From Scenedesmus sp. PABB004 (lineage: Eukaryota), in contig JABVCE010000007.1 of the NCBI GenBank assembly GCA_014905635.1, positions 62,001 to 126,000 of the forward strand: a stretch of 64,000 nt of DNA, in the 5' to 3' direction. The notes under the pieces are model-generated. The model worked only from the letters and a program-made list of their open reading frames with translations. It was not told the origin of the DNA and did no database searches. Positions 37,181 through 49,853 of this stretch are shown piece after piece (positions within the stretch are counted from its first letter, which is position 1; the number at the start of each line of letters is the position of its first letter). The position numbers and the translations under genes are program-made.

Positions 37181-39863
37181 TCATGCCCCGCCGCGGCGCT
37201 CGCCGGCGCGCTCGCCGCCGCCCTTCAGCGGGCGGCGCGAGCGGTTGCGCCGCGGCGCCTCGCTGCCGCCACCGGCCTCGTCGAGCGCGGACAGCGCCGC
37301 CGCAGCGCCACTCCCGCCGTCGCCCTGCATGCCCCCCACGAGCGCGGCGTTGTCAATGGGCGCGCCCGCCAGCGGCAGCGACGAGCGCAGCTGCAGCGGA
37401 GAACGGCGACCCAGCTCGCGCAGCGTGGCCGCGCCGGGCGCCGCCGCGCCGGGTGCCGCCGGCGCGCCCGGCGTGGTGACTGACGTGGCCGGCGTCAGCG
37501 ACGCGCCGCCACCTGCCGAGCCGGCGCTGATGCGCTCCAGCGGGCGCGGCGGCGGCGGCGGCCCGCCCGGCAGGGGCTCCATGACGCGCTCCGCCGCCGC
37601 GGCGGCCGCGAGCGAGCGCCGCGTGAACGGGTGGTGGTGCGCCCCGGGCGCCTCGCCGCCGCTCCGCCGCGACAGCGGGTTGGGCTCGCCGCCGCCGCGC
37701 GGCCCGCCCGGGCCGGCGCGGCGCCCGACCGAGGCTGCGCGCTGCGCCAGCTGCACCGGCGCGCCCTCCTCGGCGCCCGCCGGGGGGCACACGAGCAGGG
37801 TCGCGCCCTCGGGCCCCGCTGTGATGGTCACCGCCAGCGGGCGGCGCAGCGCGGCTGCGGCGGCGGCGGCGGCGGCGGCGGCGTGCGCTGGTGAGCGGCG
37901 GGGCTGCGCGGCGCGGCGCGGCGGCGTGGGCTGCACGGCGGCGCTGGGCTGCGCGGCGCGGGCTGCTGCTCGGCACGGGCACCCACCCGGGGCGTGCGCG
38001 AGGTCGTCTGCGCCCAGGACCTCCCAGAGCCAGGGCAGCACGCTGTTGTGCTGGTGCCGCCCCGCGCTCGTCATCCAGCGCGCGACCTCCGACGCGCCTG
38101 GGTCGGCCAGCACCGCCGGGTCCACCACCTTGACCTGAGGCGGCGCGCGGGCGGTCGGCGTGCGGGCGGTCGGGGCGCGGGCGGTCGGGGCGCGGGCGGT
38201 CGGGGCGCGGGCGCGCGCAGCAGCAGCCCTGCACCCCGAGCGCCCGAGCGGGCGCGCGCCGCCGCCGCCGCCGCACCTGGGCGCTGCCCTGGAGCAGCAT
38301 GGCGTGGCCCTCCTGCGCCACGCTGCACCCGCGCGGCAGCAGCAGCAGCTCCGCGCTCACGACCTGGGCCTTGAGGTCGCAGCGCAGCGCGGCGAGGTGC
38401 GCGCGCACCCACGCCGCGCGCGCCGCCTTGCTCACGCGCTTGCCGCGCGCCCCCGACCTGCGCGCGGCGGGGCGCGTGCACGCGCGCGCGCGTGCGGCGC
38501 GTGAGCCGAGCCCCCAGCGGCGCGGGCCGCGGGCCGCGGGCCGCCCGCCGCGGCGCGTGCCTGTCGCCGTGGGCGGTCGAGCTCGGCGCCAGGCGCGCGA
38601 GGGCCTGCGACACCTCCAGGTCCACCGCCGGCCGCAGCCGCTCCAGCAGGAACAGCCCTGCCGCGGCGGGCGGGCGGGGCCGCGGCGGGTGGGCCGGCCG
38701 CCGCGGGGGTGCGTCGCGCGCGCTGCGCCGCGCGCGCGCGCGCGGCCGCCGCCGGCCCCTCCCACCCGCGAGGCGCCACATGTCGAGCTCCAGCTGCTGG
38801 AACGCGGCGTCGCCGCCCGCAGCGAGCGCGCTGAGCTTGCGCAGGCCCTTGGCGCCAAAGCAGAAGAGCACGGGGCCCTTGCCCAGCGCGTTGCCCTGCG
38901 CCACGGCGGCCGTCGTCCCGGGCAGCGCCTCGCCGGTGAGCGCGGCGTAGAGGCTGAAGACGCCGCCCGCGCCGAGGAAGTACTCCTGGGCGGGGCCCAG
39001 GTCGGGCTGGTACGTGACCTGGGCGCGGCGGGCGGGCGGGCGGGCGGGCGGCACACTTGAAGGCGCCGCGGGTGCGAGGGCGCAGCGCGCGTGCTCGCGT
39101 GTGCCCCCCCCCTCACGCACACACGCGCGCGAGCGCGCCGCCGCACCTTGATGATGCCGCTCTGCACGACAAAGAAGTCCCGCCCCACCGGCAGCGCCTC
39201 GCCCGCGCCAAACATCACGAGGTGCCCGTGCCTGCGCGGCGCGGCGGTCGCTGCGGTCGGGCGCGTGCCGGCCGGGCGCGTGCCGGCCGGCCGCGCGCCG
39301 CGCCCGAGGGCGCCCCGACTGCGCGCTGCGCGCGCTGTGCGCGCGCTGTGCGCGCGCTGTGCGTGCTGCTGCGGTCTGCGCACTTGAGCAGGAAGTCGAG
39401 CACGGCCGGCGCCTGGCCGCGCATGAAGGGCAGCGAGCGCAGCACCTCGCCCACGCCCGGCGCGCGCCACACGGGGCCCATCAGCTCCAGGCGGCGTTCC
39501 GCGGCCTCGATCGGGTGCGCCAGCGTCGACACCTCGCCGCCGTCGAGCATGCCGCTCTCAAACAGGCTCTGCGGCGGGCGCCCGGGGCGGGGCGGGTGCG
39601 GGCGCGCTCGGCGGCGGGCGCGCGCGGCGCGCGCGGCACCCGCTGGCCGCCGCGTGCGCCGCGCGCCGCGCGCCGCGCGCCGCACGTCGACGAAGAGCCG
39701 CTGCTGGCGCAGCACCGCGCTGGCGACGCGGTAGCTCTGCACCGCGCTGTAGCGCTCGGGCGCCTCGACCTCGCGGTCGATCAGGAACTGCGCGACGCGC
39801 CCCGTCTCATCCTGCACCTCGCCCAGCAGCGCAGACCACGCCTCGCCCTCCTGCGCGTCGGCA

Positions 39864-39897
<34 letters not shown>

Positions 39898-42800
39898 GTG
39901 TGAGCGCGGGAGCGCTGCCGCGGCGGCGGCGGGGCGGCGCGTCGCGCGGGGCAGCGCGGGGCGGCGGTGCGCGCCTGCAGCCACTCGACGTAGGGGCTTG
40001 TGGTGAGGCCCATGAGGTACTCCATGCCCACCTCCACGCTCGCCAGCAGCACCTAGCGCGCGCGGCGGCACGCGCGGCGCCGCGTCAGCCCGGCCCCGGG
40101 GGGGGGGGGGGTGGCACACGCCGCGTCGGCCCGGCCCCAGGCGGCGGCGGCGCGCACCTTGTTCAGCGGGCGCTGCAGCATGCTCGCGAGCGCGCGCAGC
40201 GGCCACGAAAGCAGCCGCCCCACGGCGCCGAGGGTGCCGAGGCTGACGCTGGCCTGGCGGCAGAGGAAGAGGCTGTAGGTGATGCAGCGCACCACCAGGT
40301 TGTTGGCCGCGTCCCTGCGCGACCGCGGGCGGGCGCGGCCGGGCGCGGCGGCGGTCGGCGGCAGGCGCGGGGCGCGGCGGCTGGCGCCGCGCCGGCGAGC
40401 GCGCTGCGCCGGCGGGCGCGCACGGCGGCGCGGCGCGGCGCGGCGCGGCGCCTGTGCGCAGCCGGCGGGGCGCCTGGCGCCGCGCCTGCTGATGTTGCAC
40501 CAGAGCATCAGCGGGCGGCTGGGGTCCTCCAGCGCGGCCTCGCACGCGGCGTCGAGGATGCGCAGCCCCCGCGCGCTGAGCAGCCCCTCCATGCGCTTGG
40601 AGTGGAAGTAGCGCTTCAGGCCTGGGTGTAGCGTGGGGTGTGTGTGTGTGTGGGGGGGGGGGATGAGGGGGAGAGGGGCGCTCGGCGGCGGCGGCCGGCG
40701 CGCTGCGGGCGTCGCTGACGCAACGCGGCGCGGCGCGGCGCGGCGCGGTGCGCGCGGGCGCGGGCGCGCCCTGCCGCACCCGAGAGCAGCCAGCTGCGCG
40801 CGTCGGCGAGCTCCTCGCCGCACTTGGCGTCGCTGGCCAGGCCGGTGGACGACTTGTCGAGGCCGCGCGGGCGCTCGTCGTCGCTCCCCTCGCCGCCGCC
40901 GCGGCCCGACCCCAGGCTCAGCTTGCTCACGCGCGCGACTGACTTGCGCAGCGCGGCCAGCAGCCCGCGCGGCGGGCCCTCGCCCGCCGGCGCCGCGTCG
41001 CGCGCGTCGTGTGCGCCGTGCTCCAGCGGCACCGAGTGCGCCGCGAGGCCGCGCGGGGGCGCGTCGCCGGCCGGCGCGCCGCGCCGCGCGCTGGCGCCGT
41101 ACGCGGCGCCGAGGCCGGTTGAGATGGTGTAGAGGCTGGGCGCGACCGGCGCGACCGGGGGCAGGTGGGGGTTGACGCTGCGCGTGGCCAGCCCGCGCGG
41201 CGCCGCGGCGCCGGCGCCTGGGCCGCCGCCCGCCGACGCGCCGTGCGTGCCGCTCCCCTGCCGCGCGAGGCCCGCGGCGCCGCGGGCGGGCAGGCCCGGC
41301 GCGTCGCCGTCGAGGGAGCCCCGTGAGGCGTACGCGCCTGCGGCCGGGCGGGCGGGGCGGCGCCGGCAGTCATCGCGGGCAGTCAGCGGGGCCGTGACGG
41401 GCGGCGCAGCCGCCCCAGCCCCCCGGCCCCACACACCCACACCCACCCACCTGCGAGGCCGGCGCTGCGGCAGGCCAGGCTGCGCGCCGCCGGTGCTGGC
41501 CGAGCCAGCACGTCGTCGCAGGTGGCGTCGCTGCCGCCGCCGCCGCCACGCCGGCTGCAGCGCGCGAGCGACACCATGTCGACCGCCGCGGCCGCGGGGT
41601 CAAAGCCGCCGCCGCCCGGGCAGCCCATGGCCGCCTCCTCGCCCTCCGGCAAGTGCGGGGGCAGCGCGCCGCGCCCGGCGCCGGCGAGGTCGCCCGCGCT
41701 GCCGCCCGCGGCGCCGAGGCCGCCGAGGCCCACCGAGCGCGTCGCGAGCCCGCGGTACATGCCGCTGGTGCGGCCGAGGGCCTTGTCCGTCTGCAGCGGC
41801 AGCGCCGGCCGCACGCCCGCGCGCGGCGAGCCGGCCGGCCGCTCCGCCTCGGCGCCGCCGCCGCCGGCCGCCAGCCCGCCCGCCGACACCGAGCCGGCGA
41901 GGCCCCAGCCGCCGGCGCGGGGCGCGGCGCCGGCGCCGGCGCCGCCGGGCGGCGGCGGCAGCGGCGCGCGGTCAGCGTAGACAAAGGCCGGCGCGGCGCT
42001 GCGCGTGGCGAGGCCGCGGCCGCCCAGCGCGGACGCGCTCTTGGACGAGTGCGCCGAGGGCGACCCCCCCGGCGCGCCGCCGCGGCTGCCGCTGTGCCTG
42101 CTGAGCGCGTCGGCCGCCGCGGAGCGCGAGGCGGTCGCCGCCGCAAACGCGCTCGGCAGCCGCAGCGGCGGCAGGGGCTCCCCGCCGGGCGGCGGCGGCC
42201 CCGCGGCCGGCGCGCCCGCGCCGCCCCCGCCGCTCGCCACCGGCAGCGGCGCCTGCCGCGCCCGCTGCGCCCAGAAGCGGCTCAGCACGCCGGAGCCGCT
42301 GCCGCTGGCTGCGCCGCCGCCACCACCGCCACCGGCGGCGGCCTGGTCCGCGTGGCCGCCGGCCTCCGCGGCCGGGCCTGCGGGGGTCCTGGCGGGCTTG
42401 GCGCTGCTGCTGCCCAGGAAGGGGCACTCCTGGTGCAGCACATCCACCTCATTGCCAAACACGCCGCCAAACATGGGCAGCACGCTGTTGAGCAGCCCGC
42501 CGCTGCCGCTGCTGCTGCTGGTGGCGGTGCTGGTGCTGCTGCTCGTGCTGCTAGCGCTGCGGCCGCTGGCGTCGCTGCTGCTGCCCTCGTCGTCGGACAC
42601 CGTGCCGCCGGCGTGGGAGTCGGTGGGGCGGCGGCCCTCCTCCCGCGAGGCGCGCTGGCTGGCGCGGCGGGCGCTGAGCCTGCTGCTCTTGCGCTGCGCG
42701 GCGCGGCCGGCGCTGGTGGCGCTGCCGCACGCCGGGCCCGCGCTGCCGCCGCGCAGCACGCCGTTGCCGTGCTCCAGGTCGGCGCCGCCGCCGAGCTCCC

Positions 42801-45800
42801 CCGGCTCGCCGGCCTTGTCGCCGGTGGCCGCGCGGCTCAGGCCGCCGCTGCCGTGGCGGCTGCGGTGCCCGCCGCCGTCGGGCGAGCCCGGCCCGCCGCC
42901 GCCACCGTGGCGGCTCCTGCTCCCGCGGCCGTGCTCGCTGCGGCCGCCCTTCTCCGCCGCCGGCGGTGCCCCGCCGGGCGGGCCGCGGCCGCAGCAGCCG
43001 CAGACCGCCGCCCACAGGCGGAGCGCGACGCGCGCGAGCCTGCTTGGCTTGTGCGGCTTGGCCTGCCCGGTGAAGGCCCCATAGCGCCGCCCGTGGTCCA
43101 CAAACGCAGCGACCTGCGCCCAGTCCACGCCTGCGGCGCGGGCGCGGCGGGCGCGGCGGGCGCGGCGGGCGCGGGCGCGTCGGCCGCGTCGGCACGGCGA
43201 GCGCGCGCTGCGGAGGCCGGCGCGCGCCGCGCAGCACCGCGCCGCCGCGCCCCGCCGCGCCGCACCGGCGAGCAGCTCATCCTCGGCGTCGCGCAGCTGC
43301 TCCAGCACGGCGGCCGTGTGGTCGCCCAGCGCCGCGACCGCTCGGCGCCGCCGCGCGAGCTGCTTCGGCGGCACCTGTGGCGGCGCGCGCGGCGCGCGCG
43401 TGGCGGGCCATGGGCACGGGCGGGGCCGCGCGCGGCGCGGGGCGCAGGCCCGGGCGGCGGTGTGCGCGGCGGCGCCGCACGTCGGAGAGTCCCGTGAGGC
43501 GCAGCACGGTGGGCAGCAGCGGCGCGTTGATGAGCAGCGTCAGCAGCACAAAGCCGGCCGTCCAAAACACCATCATCGCCTTGACCACCTGCCCACAGAC
43601 GCGACGCGGCGCGCAGCGCCGCGCCGAGGGGTGTGTGCGACGCGGCGCGCGGCGCCGGCTGCGCCCGCGCGCGCGCCGCCGCGGCGCCGCCGCGGCATCG
43701 GCCGCGGCGCCGCACCGAGAACTCTGGCGCGCCCTTGGTGCCGCTCGTCTGATACGTGACGACGGCGCTGCCCATGATGAGCGACGCGCTGCCGCGCAGG
43801 CCCGCGACGGTTATGAAGATGCACTCGCTGAAGCTCATGTCGCCCCGTATCGCGATGAACAGCGGGCGGAACGCGGCGGTGAGGCCGAAGCGCAGGAGCA
43901 TGAGTATGGCGTAGATGATCGGCACCATCCACAGCGTCGTCGCGAGGTCGCCGCGGTGGAGCTTGAGCGAGAGCAGGTCGTTCGACGCGCTGGGGGTTGA
44001 GTGGCGGCGGCGGCGGTTCAGCGGCGGCGGCGGTTCAGCAAAGGGAGTGGGAGGAGGGGTGAGGAGGGGTGGGCCGGGAGGGGGAGGGCGCGTGCCGCGG
44101 GCGCCGCGCGTGCGCCGCGCGCGTCGGTCACCGTATGAAAAAGTTGACCACGCTCGCGCCGGAGTAGAGGAAGACCAGCGAGTTGACCTGGCGCGGCAGC
44201 AGCAGCGGGGCGGCCGCGCCGGGCGGTCGCCGTCGCGCCCCCTGGGCGCGCCGCGCCGCCCGCAGCGCGCCCCGCAAACGCCTCCCCGCGCACGGCGCGG
44301 CGCGGCGCGGCACGCACCACAAACGCGGTCGTCTCCCAGAAGCCGTCAAAGGTGTGGTGCGCGGCGGTGGACATGTCCCACCAGTTGGTCGCCGCGCCGT
44401 ACAGGCCCAGCACCGCGACCGCGACCACGCCTGCGCGGCGCCGCCGGTGCGCTCAGGGGGGGACCGACCACACATGGCGCGGCGCGGCGGCGGCCGCGCG
44501 CGCGCGCGTGGCGGGCGGCGGCCGCGCAGCCCGCCGGCGGCAGCCCCTGCGCACCCGAACCCTTGCACGGCACCGCGGTGATCCAGTAGGCCAGGTAGGC
44601 CTGACGCGCACGCGGGCGCGGCGGACGCGGGGGCGGCGGACGCGGGTGCGGGTGTCGCGGCGCGGCGCTGCGCCGGGCGCCAGCCCGGCGCGCGCCGCGC
44701 GGGCGTCCCCGTGCATCCATCCGCCTGTGGCCGCGCGGCGGCGCGCGCGCGCGCGCGGGGCAGATCGCGGCGCGGCGGCGCACCATGCCGAGCGTGAGCG
44801 CGACCTCCTGGTCGTGCCCCGCGCCCATGTGGCGCATGAAGCGCAGGAAGAGCCGCGTCGCGACGCCAAAGGCCATGCCCATCACAAACCCGACTGGCCG
44901 CCGCGTGCCAGGCAGGGGGGGAGGGGGGGGGTGGGCGGGGAGAGAGAGAGGCGCGTGAGCGGGCGGGCGCGCGGGCGGCGGGAATGCGGGCGGGTGCGGT
45001 CGTGCGCGGTCGTGCGCGGCGGCGGCGCACTCGTTGCGAGCTGGAAGACGGCGAGGAAGACGTGGCCGATCGTCTCCCCGATCGGCCCCGTCGCCTCGGG
45101 GTGGCTCATCTGGACTTGCATCTGCGCGGCGCGCGCGCGCGGCGCCGGGGCGGGCGCCGCGGCGGCGGCGTGTCGCCGCGCCGCGGCCGGCCGGGCGCGC
45201 GCAGCGCACCACGCCGTGCGCTGCGCGCTGTGCGCGCTTGCATCCCCCCTAAGCGCGCTGGCGCACCAGGTGGAAGAAGACCTCAAACAGCGTCAGCCCG
45301 CTCGCGTCGTTCAGCAGCGACTCGCCCTCGAGCATCACGCGCAGGCGCTTGGGCCCGCCCGCGGTCTTCATGATGCTCACGATCGCGACCGCGTCCGTCG
45401 ACGCGACCATCGCGCCAAACATGCACGCGTGAAGCCAGTTCCAGCCTGCGCGGCGCCGCCGCGCCACGCGACGACGCGGTGACGCGGCGCAGCCGCAGCG
45501 CGCCGCGCGGTGCGCCGCCGCCGCAGCGCGGCGCGCGGTGCGCCGCCGTGCAGGCGCGCGTGCCTCCGCTCCCCGCCCGCCGCGCCGCGCCGCCCTGCTG
45601 CTGCGAAGCCCCTGCTGCTGCTGCTGCTGCTGCTGCTGCGCCGCGGCGGCTCACCGTACTTGCGGAGGTCGAGCATGTAGAGCATGATGGGCACGCACGC
45701 GGCGCACGTCGCGCCGACGACGAGGAACGCGAGCGTGAAGACCTGGATGAAGCTCTGGGGGCGCGGCGGCGGGGCGCGGCGCGCGCACACGGCGGCGGCG

Positions 45801-46116
45801 GCGGCGCGGCGGGTTTGGCGGGCCGGCGGCAGGGGCCCCGCGGCGGCGGCGCGCGCTGCAGCAAACAAGAGCGGCGAGGCGCGCAGCGTGAGCAGCGACG
45901 TGCGACAACGGTCGCCGGCGTCCCATGTTCGGCACGCGCACCTTGCGGAACATGAACCAGTCGATGCGCACCGCGGCGTCGAGCAGCAGGGGCGGGAGGA
46001 AGACGTAGAAGAAGAGCTGCCACGGCGCGATGCCCAGCCAGATGGCGATGCTGTTGCCCAGCGCGCCCAGGTTGACCGGCCACGCGACCGCCATGAGCAC
46101 GGCGCCTGCCGGCAGA

Positions 46117-46183
<67 letters not shown>

Positions 46184-46704
46184 CGGGCGCGGCGTCGGCG
46201 CGCGCGCGCGCTCGAGCAGGCGCGCGCGGTCGCCGCCCCGGCCGCCGCCCGCGGTTGCCGCTGCCGGCGGCGCGCCGTGCCGCGGCGGCGGCGGGTGGTG
46301 GTGGCACCACGCACCAGCGACGAGGACCATGAGCGTGTTGAGCTTGCCCTGCAGCAGGCACGCCAGCACGACCGCGACGCCGCCGAAGAGCGTGACATCG
46401 TAGGAGCTGCTGGGCACGATGCACCAGTTGTACTGCCCTGCGCGACGACCGCGCCGCCGGGCGGGCGGGCGGGATCGCCAGCAGCGCGGCCGGCGGCGCG
46501 CGCGCAGCAGCGGCGGCAGCGGCGCAGCGGCGGCGGCCTGGGCCACGCGGCGCCCGCGCGCCGGCGCGGCTCACCGGGGTTGTCCACGCGGTGCGAGTAG
46601 CTGACGTCCTGGGTGTAGCAGAAGAGGCCGCTGGGCACGGAGGCCGGGTCGACGCCGGGCAGCGCCGCGCCGCCGGCGCCGGCCAGCAGCACGCGCTCGG
46701 CCAT
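37181..46704 (-). CDS. SOS1/NHX7-like CPA1 Na+/H+ antiporter with long cytosolic tail and degenerate cNMP-binding-like region (~25 exons)
   Basis: FFYVFLPPLLLDAA, FGAMVASTDAVAIVS, MLEGESLLNDASG, AGLRGSASL, LLTLLINAPL; tail GEVLRSLPFM..FFVVQSGIIKV. Confidence 0.88.
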
Positions 46705-46956
46705 GGCTCACGGGCGCCGGAGCGGCGCCATGCGGCGCGGGGGGGAGTGGCGCGCGTGCGCGGGCGCGCCGCCGGCGCGAGCGGCAGCGGCGGCAGCAGC
46801 GGCGTCGAAGCCCTACGCGACGCGAGAGCGGCTCGGCGGGGCCGCGGAGTGAGCGGTCCGCGCGGCGCCCGCGCAAACGGCAGCGCGGAGCGGTGCGACT
46901 GCCCCCTGGGTTTTGCCGTTGGCGTGACCGTGTGCGCGCGAAGTTCGACCTTCGCT

Positions 46957-47647
46957 CAGGGTGCGCACACAAACCCAGCCGGTTCTGCCGGTTTGAGTTC
47001 TGCCAGGTTCTGCCAACGTTTTGCCAGCCGGGGGCCGGCGCACAAACCGGCAGAACTCCTAGTTTTGCCAGCGGTGACGCGGGGCATCGGCACTGGCAGT
47101 GCGCGGCGCACGGGCCACAGCACGGCCAGTAGCGGCCCCCAGACACTGTCAGCGACCTGATCAATTGCTCCAGTGGCCGTTCTGGCCGGCGCGCCGGCCC
47201 GATCAGCCATGGCGGACAGCACCGATGATGGCGCGGGCTCGGTGGAGCAGCAGGCAGCTCGCGGCAAGGGCGGAAGGCCGCCCCACCCCATTCGCACGGC
47301 GTTCTTCACGGTTGTGGGCTCAGACGGCGGCGATTCAGGCGATAGCAGCGCAGCTGCAGCGGCAGGGCAAGCGCCCGCTGCTGCCGCCCCCGGCTGCTGG
47401 TGGGGCGCCGCTGATGACCGAGCAGCAGGCCCTGCTGCTGCTGCACCAGCTTTGTTTGCCGCAGCAGCCGCCGCCGCTGCCGGAGCTGCCGCCGCCGCCG
47501 CCGCCTGACGGGCTGGAAGGGTTGGGCGGGCCGCCGCCCGCCGAGTAACGAGTTTTGCCAGTTCTGCCCCGGTTTTGCCAGTTCTGCCAGCGCCCCGGCG
47601 AGTTTTGAGTTTTCTCAGAGCCTCGGGGGGTTTGTGTGCGCACCCTG
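46957..47647. mobile_element. 691-bp non-autonomous hAT-type DNA transposon (MITE / deletion derivative)
   Basis: Perfect 20-bp TIRs CAGGGTGCGCACACAAACCC (46957-46976) and GGGTTTGTGTGCGCACCCTG (47628-47647); 8-bp TSD CCTTCGCT (46949-46956, 47648-47655); clustered subterminal GTTYTGCC motifs. Confidence 0.93.
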
Positions 47648-47913
47648 CCTTCGCTTCACGCCAGTCCCTGCTTACTCATCCAGCACGCCTCGCTTCTCCA
47701 GCGATGAAAAAGGAAGGACAGAGATCACGCACAAAAACCACGCACAAGCGGGCTCGACAGGTCTCTCGCAGTGTCGGGTGAAAAGTAGGGGAGCACGCTG
47801 CGCTGAGCCCCGAGCCGCCGCGCCACGGCGCACAGCTCCAAAGCAAGGAATGCGCAGCGCACAGCGCTCGCGCCGCCGGCCACACAGCTGCTCTCCCCCC
47901 GCCGCCGGCGCGG

Positions 47914-49853
47914 TCAGCGCGCGGCCTCGCCCGGCTGCGCCTGCGCCGCCGGGTGGGCGTGCAGGAGGTGCACCACGACCGCGGTGATGTCGTCCACCAC
48001 GCCCTCCTCCTCCGCCACCCAGCGCCGGTGCGCCTCGTCCACCAGCTGCCCCCCGCGCGGCGGCGGCGGCGGCGGAAGCGGCGGCGGCGCTGGGCGCGCT
48101 GCTGCGCCGGCGCTGGGCGGCGCGCGGCGGCGGTCGGCCGCGCACGCCCGGCGCGCACCAGGCGGGCGCCGTCCTCCGGCGTGTCGGTGCTGCCCACGAG
48201 CTCCACCGCCTCCTGGCTGCTCATGAGCTCCCACACGCCGTCGCTCGCCAGGATGAGCAGGCGGTCCGCCGGCGTGAGGCTCACCTCGGCGACCTGCGGC
48301 TCCGAGCTCACGCCCACGCTGCGGCGGCGGTGCGGGCCAGGGGCGGCCCGTTGGCGGGCGTGTGCGCCGAGAGGGCGCGCGCGGGCCGCGCGGCCGCGCG
48401 CCGCGGCACACGTGTGCGCCAGCTGGTCGCCCAGGGCCCGGCTCATCGCGAGGCCGGGGATCCACGCCGCCTGCAGCCACACCCTGTGCGGGCCCATGGG
48501 CTGCCCCTCCTCGTCGACCAGGCTGCGCGCGCGGCGGGCGCGGGATCGGCGGCCGGCGCGGCTCGGCGCGGCGCGGCGCGGCGCACGCCCGCCCCCGCGC
48601 CGGCGCACGGCCTGCGCCCGCGCACCGCTCGACGCGGCCGTGGCTGGCGGCGATGCGCGCGGCCTCCTCGGGGAGTGTGGGCTTGTGGTCCGCGCTCAGG
48701 TCGGCCGCCGCCCAGCCGCGCCCTCGCCCCTCCTGGCGCCCCAGCACGACGCGGCTGTCGCCGACCCACGCGCACACGAGCTTGCTGCCCTGCGCGGGGG
48801 CACGTCGGGGGCACGTCGGCGGCGCGCCTGCGCGTCTGCCGCCGTGCCGCGCGCCCGCGCGCCGTGCCCGCGCGCCCGCGCGCCGTGCCCGCGCGCCCGC
48901 GCGCCGTGCTGCGCGCCTGCATGTGCACGAGCGAGCAGGTGCTGCCGCTGAACTCGCAGTCCACCGCGCTGCGCGCGAGCGCGGCGTCCACGTCCAGGAA
49001 GCTCGACCGCAGCGCGCCGGGCACGTCCTGCCCGCCGCTGGTGAGCGCGGCGACGAGCAGGCCGGGCAGGTGCTGCTTCACGAAGCCCGACACCAAGTGC
49101 CCTGGGGCGTGTGGCGCACGTGCGGCGGTGCCCGTGCGCCGTGAGCTGCGGCGGGCGGGCCGGCGCGCGTGCGCGCGCGCACGCGAAAGCGCACGCGGCG
49201 CACCGTGCGGGCCGTGGCCGTCGAGGGCGCAGAAGAGCGCCTGCTGGTGTGTGACGAAGCGCTCGTACGCGAAGCAGTTGTCCTGGTTGGTCTTGCGGTA
49301 CCCCGGCTCGCGCCCCGCGACGCTCACGCACGCGACCGCGACCTCGACGGGCCGCGCCGCGCCAGGCGCAGCGCCGGCCTCACCGGCGGCCCCGACCCTC
49401 TCCGACGGCGCAGCCTGCGGGCGGCGCGGGCGCGCGGGCTGTCAGGACGGCCCGCACGCGGCGTGGCGCCGGCCCCGGGCGGCGCGCGGTGGGCTCACGC
49501 TGCCGGCTGTGACGCAGGAGAGGTCTCGCGCGCGCGCGCCGCCGCCGCCGTCGCCGCCCTTGCTGCCGCCGCCGGCCGAGACCTGTCGCAGCTCCGCCGA
49601 GCCGTCCGCGCCGCGGAGGAGCGTCATGGGGCGCACCGCCCTGGCCTCCACGGAGTAGGACAGGCGCCGCGCGCGCGTGGTGGCGGCCTTGCCGCCGAGC
49701 GCGGCTGCGCGTGGCGCGGGCAGGGTCGGGCGCAGCGCGCCGCGCCGCGCCGCGCGCGCCGCCGCGCAGCGCGCCCGCCGCCGCACGTTGCGGCTCGCGC
49801 AGCTCGTCGCCGGCCTCCCCAGACCGCGGGGGCCTGGAGGAAGCGCAGCCCAT
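47914..49853 (-). CDS. PP2C/PPM protein phosphatase, probably N-myristoylated
   Basis: MGCASS start; KTNQDN, FCALDGHGPHG, FSGSTCS, AWVGDSRVVLG, LSADHKP, PGLAMSRALGD, LILASDGVWE, DDITAVVV. Confidence 0.9.

Noticed and set aside
42005..43084. Plus-strand ORF with a long Leu-rich hydrophobic stretch
   Set aside because: Reverse-complement reading of a Ser-rich (AGC) tract in the antiporter exon.
46980..47590. Clustered GTTYTGCC repeats as a CRISPR-like array
   Set aside because: The repeats are 8 bp, irregularly spaced and lie inside a TIR/TSD-bounded element; the context is eukaryotic with no cas genes.
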